Shown: positions 49,101 to 59,700, counted from the first letter of the stretch. The stretch is 64,000 nucleotides of DNA from Oceanispirochaeta sp. (GCA_963666275.2 CAXXOA010000002.1:128001-192000), one strand, 5' to 3'. Notes: generated by a model not told the origin, from the letters alone. Made by a program: numbers and translations.

Positions 49101-50111
49101 TCAAAAGTCCAGGAGAAAAAAGTCTTCCCGATGGTCCAGATACCATCGGGCTTTGTCCTGCATGATAACAGCGACAAGTTCATTATCCGGATCCCCTGCG
49201 GGATCGATAGCCAATGCTGCCTGCAGCATTCTTTCAAAGGTCTCATAATCCTGTTTCATCACAGGAATACCGGTGGCATAGGAAACATAGGGCGAAGGAT
49301 TATTTCCCTCAGAAAGGGCAAGGGCTCTCTCCATATGGTAGAGGGCCCGCTCTTCCGCTGAGTCTCCGATACCGGCTTCTTTATAATATACAGCAGAAAA
49401 TGCTCCTGCCGTATGGGGAGTGGAAAGAAAAGCTTTGTCGATGATGCCCCCGGGGATGGATGACCAGACCGTAATAAGCAGATCGTGCACCCCTCCGTTT
49501 TCAAGGGTTTCATCCAGCTGGAGAGCATAAAACAGATAGGATACGGGTTTATATATGCCGCTTCCCAGCTCCATATCAAAAGGATTACAGGAAAAAGCTC
49601 CCAGCCAGGCGGCGCCTGTCCAGTAGAGATAGGGAGCCAGCTCCGGTCCGGTCTGCCGAAGAAGATCATCCGGATCCTCCGACAGAGGGTCCGAAGAGAG
49701 TTCCAGCTTCAGGGCCAGGCCTTCCGAAACGTAGTCCCGCCCGCGAAGATACATCTTCCTGGCTCTGTTCAGCATGATCTCCTGACTCTCCCATTCTTCA
49801 TCAGGGAGCATACCCGCAGGAGTCTGAATAAAGGCATTGGCATACATGATGAAGGATTTCCCCGCCGCCAGCTTCAGGGCGGGATCATCGGGATTCATCT
49901 CTATAAGCATTTCATACATCTTCAGAACAAAGGGAAGAGCATCTGCCACCAGCTGGGGATCATCGTCTCTGACAAAAGCTCCCGCTCCGTCATCAGAGGA
50001 CATCATCAGGGAGATTTTATCTACAACAATCTCATCCAGAGACCGGCAGGAGGCGAATAACAGCAGAGATCCGCAGAGTAGAGAAAGGGCGATTCCGGAA
50101 GGTCTATTCAT
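49101..50111 (-). CDS. TRAP transporter TatT component lipoprotein (TP0956 family)
   Basis: Lipobox FASC, DDDPQLVADALPF.LK, YANAFIQ, YLRGRDY; upstream of dctP. Confidence 0.85.
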   Translation of the reverse strand: MNRPSGIALSLLCGSLLLFASCRSLDEIVVDKISLMMSSDDGAGAFVRDDDPQLVADALPFVLKMYEMLIEMNPDDPALKLAAGKSFIMYANAFIQTPAGMLPDEEWESQEIMLNRARKMYLRGRDYVSEGLALKLELSSDPLSEDPDDLLRQTGPELAPYLYWTGAAWLGAFSCNPFDMELGSGIYKPVSYLFYALQLDETLENGGVHDLLITVWSSIPGGIIDKAFLSTPHTAGAFSAVYYKEAGIGDSAEERALYHMERALALSEGNNPSPYVSYATGIPVMKQDYETFERMLQAALAIDPAGDPDNELVAVIMQDKARWYLDHREDFFLLDF

Positions 50112-50156
50112 TATTTCACAGTACAATGGATAGGAAGCTTATACAAGGAATAAAGA

Positions 50157-51239
50157 TTAGAATTCCGTGAGGATTGGATAGGCCTGATCAAGAATTTTTC
50201 TGTAGACGCTGGGAGTGGGAAAATCCCCGAGTTTTTCAATATCCACCCATTGGACTTCCGCGCTGTTTTCCAGCGGAAAGACGGCAGCAGGGATGTCCCG
50301 GTCCGGTTTAACCTGGTAAATTTCCGTATGAAGCCAGTCTTTCCAGGTAGTATACAGGTGCACCGTATCCTGAAGGACTCCCGCTTCCCCGGCATTTTCC
50401 GACAGAATGCCCCTGATCTTTTCCGCCTGGGAAATCTCCGCTCCCGGCAGAAACCACAGGCCCTGACCGATCCCCCGGGAGCGTCTGTAGAGAAGGATCT
50501 CCCGTCCCTTCAGCAGAAGGAAGAGGACTGTATGCTTCTCTTTGATCTGCCGCTTTTTCCTGGCCGGAATGAATGTTTCCAAGCCTTCAAGCCGGGCCCG
50601 GCAGACCTCCTGCAGAGAGCATTCATCACAGCGGGGAATTCCAGTCCGGCAGACCTGCTGCCCCAGCTGCATCAGAGCGGCATTGAATTTCCCGGGGGAT
50701 TCGGGAGGGATGATTCCGTCCAGCAGTTCAAGGAGTTCCCTGTCCAGGGCGGGACTCCATTCGGAAAAGGCGGTGAGACGCTGACCGATCCGGCGGACAT
50801 TGGCATCCAGAACAGGATAGGGCTTCCCCAGAGCCAGACTCAGGACAGCCCGGGCAGTATAGTCCCCGATTCCGGGAACCTTCAGGAGTTCTCCGTAGCT
50901 ATCGGGAAGGGATCCCCCGCAGGACTCCATCAGATACCGGGCTCCCTTATGAAGATTCCTGGCTCTGGAGTAGTACCCCAGTCCCTCCCAGGCCTTGAGA
51001 ACCTCCTGCTCCTCTGCCGCAGCCAGAGCAGGGATATCGGGAAAAAGGAGCATCCAGCGCCTGAAGTGCTCCACCGCAGCGGTAACAACAGTCTGCTGCA
51101 GCATCACCTCTGAGATCCAGACCCTGTAGGCTGTGGGATTGTCCCCCCAGGGATAGTCTATGCCGCTTTCGTCCAGCCAGGAGAGAAGGCTTTCAATATG
51201 AGAAGATTTCAGAGGCAGAGAGAGTACAGGATCAGCCAA
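50157..51239 (-). CDS. mutY: A/G-specific adenine glycosylase
   Basis: WISEVMLQQT, WEGLGYYSRARN, PGIGDYTA, DANV, C-x6-C-x2-C-x5-C; probable TTG start overlapping rluA stop. Confidence 0.92.
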   Translation of the reverse strand: MADPVLSLPLKSSHIESLLSWLDESGIDYPWGDNPTAYRVWISEVMLQQTVVTAAVEHFRRWMLLFPDIPALAAAEEQEVLKAWEGLGYYSRARNLHKGARYLMESCGGSLPDSYGELLKVPGIGDYTARAVLSLALGKPYPVLDANVRRIGQRLTAFSEWSPALDRELLELLDGIIPPESPGKFNAALMQLGQQVCRTGIPRCDECSLQEVCRARLEGLETFIPARKKRQIKEKHTVLFLLLKGREILLYRRSRGIGQGLWFLPGAEISQAEKIRGILSENAGEAGVLQDTVHLYTTWKDWLHTEIYQVKPDRDIPAAVFPLENSAEVQWVDIEKLGDFPTPSVYRKILDQAYPILTEF

Positions 51240-51939
51240 GAGACAGGGCCTCTCTCTCCAGATCGGCCCAGAGGGTATCACCCGGAGGTACCGGTGCTGT
51301 AATCTCCACAGGGGTGTTTTTGACAGGGTGCAGAAACTGCACATGCCTGGCATGCAGATGGATGCCTCCTCCCGGATTGGACCGGGGGGCTCCGTACTTG
51401 AGATCTCCCTTCACCGGCCATCCCCGGGAACTCAGCTGAACCCGGATCTGGTGATGCCTTCCTGTATGAAGGTCCACTTCAACCAGTGCATAGCGTCCTG
51501 TATGATACAGGAGCCTGTAGGAAAGGACGGCCTTCTTGCTGTCCCCTTTTCCCTGGGAGGTGGTATAGGACTTGTTCTGCTTCCGGTCCCGTCTGAGCCA
51601 GTCGGTCAGGGTGTCTTCCTTTTTATCCGGACAGCCGCAGAGCACGGCCCAGTAGGTTTTGTGGATATCCCCCTTGCGGAAAAGCTCATTCATCCGGCTC
51701 AGGGCTTTGGAGGTTTTGGCAAAGATCACAATACCGCTGGTGGGCCGGTCCAGCCTGTGGGGAATTCCCATAAAAACATTTCCCGGCTTGTTATCCCGGT
51801 CTTTGATAAACTCTTTGACCGTATCACAGAGTGAGATGTCTCCGGTCTTATCTCCCTGAACGATTTCAGACGACTCTTTATTGATGATAATCAGATGGTT
51901 ATCCTCATAGAGGATTCTCTGAGAAATAGGCTGATCCAT
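51232..51939 (-). CDS. RluA family pseudouridine synthase
   Basis: YEDNHLIIINK, HRLDRPTSG, TGRHHQIR, GDLKYG. Confidence 0.95.
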   Translation of the reverse strand: MDQPISQRILYEDNHLIIINKESSEIVQGDKTGDISLCDTVKEFIKDRDNKPGNVFMGIPHRLDRPTSGIVIFAKTSKALSRMNELFRKGDIHKTYWAVLCGCPDKKEDTLTDWLRRDRKQNKSYTTSQGKGDSKKAVLSYRLLYHTGRYALVEVDLHTGRHHQIRVQLSSRGWPVKGDLKYGAPRSNPGGGIHLHARHVQFLHPVKNTPVEITAPVPPGDTLWADLEREALSLG

Positions 51940-52154
51940 AGGCCCCTACCCTAGCATAGAGCGGGGGATTTGTCTGTATGGGATCCTGCGGAGAAAAAAT
52001 ATTTTCAAAAACAGGGAATTTTAATAGTGAAAAAAATATCGATTGGGTGTAGTATAGGACTCGCACCGATCTGACCGGCAGGTTCTGACTTCCCGGAAGG
52101 ATACTTTTTTACAGACGGATGGGGAAGAAAATTCTGACCCGAAGGAGACAAATC

Positions 52155-53573
52155 ATGTACAATCCCAAATCTTTGAAAGCCGAAGAATTCATCTCTCACG
52201 AAGAGGTTCTGCAGACTCTGGAGTATGCGGACAGGAACAGGACCAACAGAGAACTTATCGACAGGATCCTGGAGAAGGCCCGCCTGAGAAAGGGCCTCAC
52301 TCACCAGGAGGCAGCGGTTCTTCTGGATTGTGATATCCCCGAAAAAAATGAGGAGATCTACCAGCTGGCCTCGCAGATCAAAAAAGATCTTTACGGCAAC
52401 CGGATTGTAATGTTTGCCCCGCTCTACCTGTCAAACTACTGTGTCAACGGCTGCGTTTACTGCCCCTATCATGCCAAAAACAAACAGATCACCCGGAAAA
52501 AGATGACCCAGGAAGAGGTGAAGAAAGAAGTGATGGCCCTTCAGGACATGGGTCACAAACGCCTGGCTCTTGAAGCGGGAGAAGATCCTGTCAACAATCC
52601 CATTGAGTATATTCTGGAATGCATTGATACCATCTATAAGATAAAACACAAAAACGGCGATATCCGCCGGGTCAATGTCAACATTGCGGCGACCACTGTG
52701 GAAGACTATAAAAAACTGAAAGACGCAGGGATCGGAACCTATATCCTGTTTCAGGAGACCTACCATAAAGAGAGCTATGAAACCCTCCATCCCACCGGAC
52801 CGAAACACAATTATGCGTATCATACCGAAGCAATGGACAGAGCCATGGAAGCGGGAATAGACGATGTGGGTCTGGGGGTTCTCTTCGGACTGGAACTGTA
52901 CCGCTACGAATTTGCCGCCCTGATGATGCATGCGGAACACCTGGAAGCGGCTTTCGGCGTAGGCCCCCATACCATCAGTGTCCCCCGGATCCGTCCGGCC
53001 GAGGATATCGATCCTATGGAATTTGACAACAGCATCAGCGATGAGATCTTTGCCAAACTGGTGGCCTGCATCAGAATAGCCGTCCCCTATACGGGCATGA
53101 TTGTTTCCACCAGGGAGAGCAAAGAGTGCCGGGAGAAAGTCCTCGACCTGGGGATCTCCCAGATAAGCGGCGGATCGAAAACCAGCGTGGGCGGATACAG
53201 CGAACCTGAAAAAGAGGATGAAAACTCCGAACAGTTTGATACCAGCGATAAACGGACTATGGATGAAATTGCTCACTGGCTGATGGAAATGGGGCATATC
53301 CCCAGCTTCTGTACCGCCTGCTACCGGGAGGGAAGGACCGGTGACCGCTTTATGAGCCTGGCCAAAACCGGCCAGATCCAGAACTGCTGCCATCCCAATG
53401 CCCTTATGACCCTGAAAGAGTATCTGGAAGACTATGCGTCCGACAGGACCAGAGAGAGCGGCAATCAGATGATCCAAAGGGAACTTCAGAATATTCCCAA
53501 TGAAAAGATCAGGGGAATCGTCCAGAAAAACCTGAGGAATATCGAAGAGGGCAAAAGGGATTTCCGACTCTAG
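52155..53573 (+). CDS. hydG: [FeFe]-hydrogenase H-cluster radical SAM maturase
   Basis: CVNGCVYC radical SAM motif plus C-terminal C-x2-C-x22-C (CTAC...NCC) that ThiH lacks; AAGGAG RBS. Confidence 0.93.
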   Translation: MYNPKSLKAEEFISHEEVLQTLEYADRNRTNRELIDRILEKARLRKGLTHQEAAVLLDCDIPEKNEEIYQLASQIKKDLYGNRIVMFAPLYLSNYCVNGCVYCPYHAKNKQITRKKMTQEEVKKEVMALQDMGHKRLALEAGEDPVNNPIEYILECIDTIYKIKHKNGDIRRVNVNIAATTVEDYKKLKDAGIGTYILFQETYHKESYETLHPTGPKHNYAYHTEAMDRAMEAGIDDVGLGVLFGLELYRYEFAALMMHAEHLEAAFGVGPHTISVPRIRPAEDIDPMEFDNSISDEIFAKLVACIRIAVPYTGMIVSTRESKECREKVLDLGISQISGGSKTSVGGYSEPEKEDENSEQFDTSDKRTMDEIAHWLMEMGHIPSFCTACYREGRTGDRFMSLAKTGQIQNCCHPNALMTLKEYLEDYASDRTRESGNQMIQRELQNIPNEKIRGIVQKNLRNIEEGKRDFRL

Positions 53574-53599
53574 AGAGGATCCGGCAAACCAGCCTGACC

Positions 53600-53637
53600 G
53601 GGATATTGAAGAGCCCCTTCAATATCCCTTCTTTTTT
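53600..53637 (+). terminator. Rho-independent terminator after hydG
   Basis: GGGATATTGAAG/CTTCAATATCCC stem plus TTCTTTTTT. Confidence 0.88.
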
Positions 53638-53655
53638 GGTCATAATAAAAAGTAT

Positions 53656-53928
53656 ATGAAAAGTACCGATCAGGACCGTCTGAAAGAACTGGAAGAGAAA
53701 TTCCAGAGAAAAAAACGCAGAGGCAACAGACTCTGCTGGATAAAATACAATCCCAGCGCCGAATTCAGCTATGATGTGGAAGATGCGGATGAAGACTTCC
53801 GATGGATGGTATATGAAATAAAACAGCTGAGAGAAGAAACAAGGCAGTACAAAGAGTTCATAGCCACCATAAAAGATCAGATGATATCTGAACTGGGAAT
53901 CAATCCGGATACCAGGCTGAAGAAATAA
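53656..53928 (+). CDS. Hypothetical 90-aa charged/coiled-coil protein
   Basis: Clean ORF filling the intergenic space, protein-like composition; no recognised family. Confidence 0.7.
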   Translation: MKSTDQDRLKELEEKFQRKKRRGNRLCWIKYNPSAEFSYDVEDADEDFRWMVYEIKQLREETRQYKEFIATIKDQMISELGINPDTRLKK

Positions 53929-53936
53929 CAGGGCCA

Positions 53937-54150
53937 GCCCCTAAATCCCGGCCCCTAAATCCCCTGAAGGGGACTTTTTATGTGTGAAACCACTGACAGT
54001 TAGAAATGCAAAGAGACTCCCTTTCAGGGGACGGGGCCATAACCGGAAGGGACTTTTTATTTGATAAAAGACGAGCTGTTAGATATCAAAGTGCCCCCGG
54101 ATCCTGAGCGGAGCCGAAGGACGGGGGCCTTACCCGGGGGAGACTTTTTT
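53937..54150. repeat. Mosaic of REP-like palindromes
   Basis: GCCCCTAAATCCC duplicated; inverted pair 53950-53974/54017-54038; GGGACTTTTTAT..GTTAGA repeated 79 bp apart; CCTGAGCGGAGCCGAAGG at 54103. Confidence 0.8.
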
Positions 54151-54172
54151 TCAATGATAGAAGAGCCGGGAA

Positions 54173-54655
54173 TCAGCCGCAGCACTTCTTGTATTTCTTA
54201 CCGCTTCCGCAGGGGCAGGGATCGTTCCGGCCGACTTTTGGCTCATCCCTGTGAACAGGCTTATTAATCTCCTGACCTTCAGAAAAAATCCACCGACCGT
54301 CCTGTTTTTCAAACTTGCTGACTTCATGGTGCGTATACCGGGCTCTGTCCACCATATAGTGGGCTTTGAATTCCACGGTTCCTGCCGAATCGCTCTCCCC
54401 GCCTTTGGAAGTTTTTATAATTTCCAGGCCCTGCCAGACCGATCCGCTCGACCAGTCTTCAGTCGCCTTGCGGGCAGATTCCTCTTCCCCTTTTTCAACC
54501 TTGTGAGTGTCCATGATAAAATCAATTTCACCCAGAGCATAGGCTGAATACCTGGCTCTCATCAGTTTCTCCGCCGTAGGGGCGGGAATCCCGTTTTTAA
54601 TATATACGCCGCAGCATTTTTCATACTCTGCGCCACTGCCGCAGGGACATTCCAT
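54173..54655 (-). CDS. YchJ family protein with SEC-C motifs
   Basis: [45 protein letters not shown]. Confidence 0.93.
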   Translation of the reverse strand: MECPCGSGAEYEKCCGVYIKNGIPAPTAEKLMRARYSAYALGEIDFIMDTHKVEKGEEESARKATEDWSSGSVWQGLEIIKTSKGGESDSAGTVEFKAHYMVDRARYTHHEVSKFEKQDGRWIFSEGQEINKPVHRDEPKVGRNDPCPCGSGKKYKKCCG

Positions 54656-54781
54656 AGTGTTCTCCTTCAATAAATCAATACAATACGGGGCATCAGAAGC
54701 AGTTAAAGTCCTTCCATCCCCATGATCGCCTAAGGAAAAATAATATAAATCCTTGAATTGAGCTAGTCTTGCCGGGAGGGT

Positions 54782-56719
54782 TTACTCCTGTTTTACCATA
54801 AACTCTCTGATTCCCGACTGCCTTCTCACACCCCGGGAAAGGGCCATCTCCGCCAGTTCGGTCGTTGTATAGAGAGTCACCTGCTCTCTGGCCCGTGTAA
54901 CTCCCGTATAGAGGATCTCCCGGGAAAGGAGCCTTTCCGCCCCTTCGGGAAGCAGAACGATCACATCCCTGTATTCGGAACCCTGGCTCTTATGGATGGT
55001 CAGGGCGAAAGCCGTCTGATACTCACCCAGCAGGGTTATGGGGAAATGACGGAACTCCCCTCTCTCCCGGCCGTCAAAAAAGGCATAGTGACTGCCCTGA
55101 AACTCCAGAACCACCCCCCTGTCACCATTAAAGAGACCCCGCTCATAGTCGTTGCGGCTGATCATAATAGGCTGACCGTGAAAAACAGAGCCCTCACGGG
55201 GGGCAAAGTAGGTGCTCAGAGCCCTGTTGATGCTGTTGATGCCGAACAGTCCCTTCCGGGAGGGAACAAGGATGGTCCAGTCCCGATAGAGCTGAAAATA
55301 GGCTTCCACCTGTTCCCGATGATCCTCCCAGGAGGTGACGGAACAGGAAAAAGGAGGAATCATCTGTTTCAGCTGTGCCAGAGGCAGAGTTTCAGAGGCT
55401 TCATCCAGAAAGGAACGGAACCCGGGAATCGGAAAATAGCGGAACCGGCCGGAACCGGTCTCGCTGTTCCGCCTGGGATCTTTGAGAAAATCCAGAAAAT
55501 CCGAACTCTTCCCCTGTATGATAAGAGAGGCTCCCTCCAGAATAGCACCGCTGTTCCGGTGTACCCTGGACAGAGAGAGGACACCCCCGTCCAGCCTGTA
55601 GCGGTCCCGGCCGGAACCGTAAAGGAAGTCCGAAAGGAGGGCTCCCGCTTCCACCGAGGGGAGCTGGTCTTTATCTCCTACCAGAAGGAGCCGGGCTCCC
55701 GGCTTCATTCCGTCCAGCAGATAGTACATGAGGTTCAGATCCACCATGGAAGCCTCGTCAACCACAATCAGATCCGCCGGAAGAGGTCTGTTCCGGTTGA
55801 ACCGGGGCGGAGCTCCCGGTATGAGGCCCAGAAGTTTATGAAGAGTTCCCGGAGCCACCGGGAAGGCCCCACCCAGATCCGGATCCGCCAGAAGGTCCTT
55901 GAGACTCTCTTCCATCCTCCCCGCCGCCCGGCCGGTGGGCGCACAGAGACGGATATTCAGAGGTTCCATCCCCTTCTGTCTGCGTACAGTCAGGAGCAGC
56001 CGCAGAACCCCGCTCAGGATTGTGGTTTTTCCTGTCCCCGGGCCTCCTGTGATCACAGAAAAAAGCCGGGAACAGACCATGGACGCGGCGGACAGGGTCT
56101 CTTCACTGAGAACAAGAGAGCTGTCTTTCTGAAGCTCACGGAAAACACTTTCGAGAACCTCGGACTCCCCGAATCCCGTCAGGATTTTCTTTCCCTTCTC
56201 TCCCACAAGGGGATCCAGAAGTTCAAGAAACCTTTTTTCATATCGCCAGCGTTTCAAAAGATAGAAGGACTGATCCCCTTCTGTCCTTAGTATCGGAGCC
56301 TCTTCCGACGGGAGAATTCCGAAAAGACGGGGATTTTCCTGCAGCAGAGAGGGGAAAAGCTCTGTCAGTGAGGCTTCATCCAGAGAGATCCCGCTGCTTT
56401 TCATCCAGAGGGGAAAGTCTTTGAAAAAGTCCTCCCTGCCGATGCGGATATGACCGCTGCCGGACTGCTGCATCAGATAGAGGACCACCCATCTCAGCAG
56501 GTCCCGCTCTTTCCTGCCCGGGGAAGTCCCGAAACGGGAGATCATATGGAGGGTCCCCTGTATCTGATAGCTTTCCGCCCCGGTCAGCCGGGCCTTCTGA
56601 ATAAAATCTCCTTCCCCACTGGGATTGGAAAGGCGCGTTCTGATGTCCTGAGGCCAGGCATCCCGGACAGACTTGAGCTCCAGGAATTTTTTCATTCCCC
56701 GGATTTTCCCTTTATGCAT
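54782..56719 (-). CDS. recD: Exodeoxyribonuclease V alpha subunit
   Basis: GGPGTGKTT, APTGRAA, DEASMVD, GDKDQLPSV, TIHKSQGSEY, YTGVTRAR. Confidence 0.95.
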   Translation of the reverse strand: MHKGKIRGMKKFLELKSVRDAWPQDIRTRLSNPSGEGDFIQKARLTGAESYQIQGTLHMISRFGTSPGRKERDLLRWVVLYLMQQSGSGHIRIGREDFFKDFPLWMKSSGISLDEASLTELFPSLLQENPRLFGILPSEEAPILRTEGDQSFYLLKRWRYEKRFLELLDPLVGEKGKKILTGFGESEVLESVFRELQKDSSLVLSEETLSAASMVCSRLFSVITGGPGTGKTTILSGVLRLLLTVRRQKGMEPLNIRLCAPTGRAAGRMEESLKDLLADPDLGGAFPVAPGTLHKLLGLIPGAPPRFNRNRPLPADLIVVDEASMVDLNLMYYLLDGMKPGARLLLVGDKDQLPSVEAGALLSDFLYGSGRDRYRLDGGVLSLSRVHRNSGAILEGASLIIQGKSSDFLDFLKDPRRNSETGSGRFRYFPIPGFRSFLDEASETLPLAQLKQMIPPFSCSVTSWEDHREQVEAYFQLYRDWTILVPSRKGLFGINSINRALSTYFAPREGSVFHGQPIMISRNDYERGLFNGDRGVVLEFQGSHYAFFDGRERGEFRHFPITLLGEYQTAFALTIHKSQGSEYRDVIVLLPEGAERLLSREILYTGVTRAREQVTLYTTTELAEMALSRGVRRQSGIREFMVKQE

Positions 56720-59700
56720 CGTCCCCGCTCCCTTTCAGAAAAGTATCAAGATCTTCCCGGCCGGGGCGGATAAAGTAGACTCCCCGCTTTCCCTGATCCC
56801 CGGACATGCCTCTGACAAAAAAGTAATAGACCCCGCCGAAATCCCGTTCATAGTCGAAGCCGGGATCCAGGGTAGACAGATATCTGACAAGGGCCTTGAT
56901 ATAGATTCGGGCCTGGACATCATAGAGATGCGAGTGCATTGTATCTTCCAGCTTTTCAGGGTCGTAATCGCTCAGAACACCCCTTCCCGAGGGGACTGTG
57001 GTTTTCCAGTCGGCAATATAATATCTGTCATTATGCCGGAAGATCAGATCGATAAACCCTTTGAGATACCCCTTGCGGACCTGGGTACTCCATTCTGCCA
57101 TTCTGATACGGGACTCTTCCTCAATTTTATAGAGGAATTCCATTTCCGCTTTCAGGACTTCCGGAGCCAGATCCTTTAAGGGTCCCGTCTCTTCCAGAGG
57201 ACAGTTCAGGACATTCCAGACCATCTCCCCCAGAGGTCTCTGATACTGTTTCCACCAGTCCTGATCAAAAAAACGGACCGCCGCTTCCTCCAGAAAGGCA
57301 TAGGTCTCTGTAGGCCCGAACAGGTCGTTATCAAACCATGCCTCCAGGGAGAGATTTCCCCTGCCAAAATCAATGTTTTCAAAAATATAGTGGACAAGGT
57401 TACCGAATTCGGCCCCTCTTGTGAGCCCCAGGATTCCCGATTCCTCTTCGGGAGGAATCTCTCCCGCATCCTCTCCATCCCTGTCTGCATCCTGATCCGC
57501 CCCCGCCGTATCGGGAACCGCACCATGCCTGCCGGCGCTGAGGGAAGAGAAGCTGTCCACCCGGATGATCCTTTCATAAAAAGGGGCCCCCGGAGTCCAC
57601 CGGGCGCAGTGAAGCTCGGGAGAGTCCCCCACGGGCCGGGGCTCGGAGTTTTCAAAGAGAGAGAGGCTCCCCTCTTCCCTGTCACAGGGGGCAAAGAGAA
57701 AAAGCTCCGGATAGGTCCGGGCCAGAAGCATCATCTGATCCCCGATTTTTCTGTGAAATCCCGTCTTTTTCTGCTTGATGGCCTTCCGGTCCCGCCACTG
57801 CATATGGGAGTGGTAGGGCCAGTGCGTCTCCGGAGAAGGATCTTTCACAAGTTCCTCCGCATCCTTCAGAAGATCTGGCCCGCAGAGGGCTCCGTAAATA
57901 CTGGAAAGATAATACAGATCACTCTGGGGGAAAAAGGGCATCAGAAGCAGCGAGGAAGCCCTGGTAAGGGAGACATAATAGAGCCTTTTTCTCTCTTCCC
58001 AGTCCGAAAGTGCCGCCTTTGCCCGGGAGTCTCCTGTCATGAGGAAGTCCCTGTAACGTCTGTCATCCCAGTAGTAGGTGAGCTCGCTCCTGTTGCCGGT
58101 CTTTCCATCCTGCATGCCGCCGAAGAAGAAGACAATCGGATACTCCAGGCCCTTGCTGGAGTGATGGGTCAGGATCTGAACGGCCTCTCCGTCTTTATCC
58201 AGACGCACCTGTTTCTGATCATCCGGGGAGGGATCATTCTTCATTTTCACATACAGATCAAACAGTCCGTGCGCATCAAGGGAACGGTTTTTCTGCTCCT
58301 GATGGAACAGCTCGGCCAGGTGCATCAGATTGGTGCAGCTCCTGTCTCCGCTGCGGAGCTTCAACAGCCGGTTCTTCCAGGAACTGGAAACCCTGCCGGG
58401 CAGAAGATCCTCCTTTTCGAATAGAGCATGAAAAACCCGTATCAGTCCTCCCTGATCACAGCGGTTCTTCCAGCTGTGAAAAAGTAGGCTCATTTCATCC
58501 AGTTCCCCGGTCTCCTCCATCCGGCTCAGATCGGAAGCGTTTAGACGGAAAACCCGGGAAACAAGCAGGGCCCGCAGACTGCTTCTGTCGGAAGGCCGGG
58601 CAAGGGAACGGAGAAAAAGACCGAACAGATCGGCTTCTTCCGTATCAAGGACTCTCCTGTCACTGTAGATGACCGATGAGATCCCCCTGGATTCCAGATG
58701 CTTCTGCATATTTTCGCAGTCACCGTTGGTATCCATCAGAACAGCAATATCCCCCGGCTGAACAGGCCGGGAATCCTCTCCCAGAACCAGTTGATATTCT
58801 TCCTTGAGAAACTGCTCTGCCCTGCGGACGATCTCCCTCATCCAGGCAAGCTTCAGAATATCCTTGTTCTCCTGCTCCTTGTCACTGCCTGAATGGATCT
58901 CACAGAAGGTAATGGCCGGAAGGACATGGCCGTCGGCGTCAACCGGATCCGCTCCTTTCACCCCCGCCGCTTCCACAGGCTGAAAGGGAACGGGACGGCT
59001 TCCTTTTACAGGGAGCGAGAAGAGCCGGTCGAAGAGAAAATTACAGCCCTCCACCACCTCCCGGCGGGAGCGGAAGTTGGTTCCCAGAGAGTACTGGTCC
59101 TCCCGGGCTATGGATTCACAGGCTTCAAAATAGACAGAAAGATCAGCCCCTCTGAAACCGTAGATCGACTGTTTGGGATCTCCGATAAGAAAGAGATTGT
59201 GCTCAGGATCCCCGGTGAAGAGGGTGCTGAAGATATCCCACTGCATCCTGTCGGTATCCTGAAATTCATCCACAAGGACAACCCTGTACTGCTGCTTTAA
59301 AACCTTTGCCAGAGGGCCGTCAGGATCAGAACTGAGGCGGGAGTGGAGGGTTTTGATCAGATCTGAGAAATCCCGCATGCCCCGTATTTTTTTCTTGTCC
59401 TCAATAAGGGGAAGAGCCCCCTGGACAACATCCCGGACAAAAGCATAGCCAAGCAGTTTCCTGTGAATTCCCTTATCCGGTGACTGGGGATCGCAAAAAG
59501 GTTCCAGAGCCTCAAACAGACCGGTGACGGCCCGGACAAGAGTTTTATCCGGCAGGTCCTCCGGGGAGAGCCCTTTTGCACTCTTCTCTTCAAGACTGGA
59601 CTCGGTCAGGGCCAGAAGCAGGGAGGCCGGAACTCCCCCGATCTGCTCATCTTTACTGAAAAACCAGTCCAGCCAGGCCGCCATATCCCCGGTATCGGGA

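Noticed and set aside
52025..52042. Rex operator upstream of hydG
   Set aside because: Only the left half-site (TAGTGAA) matches; the right half is poor.
52155..53573. thiH
   Set aside because: The C-terminal C-x2-C-x22-C motif is present and there are no thi genes or TPP riboswitch, so hydG fits better.
54061..54267. 68-aa ORF
   Set aside because: It runs through the REP mosaic and overlaps ychJ antisense.
54685..54732. Fluoride riboswitch-like words upstream of ychJ (GGGGATGG...AACTGC..CTGATG on minus strand)
   Set aside because: It lacks the P1 pairing and the GAC/CCTAC pseudoknot; it folds as a simple hairpin.
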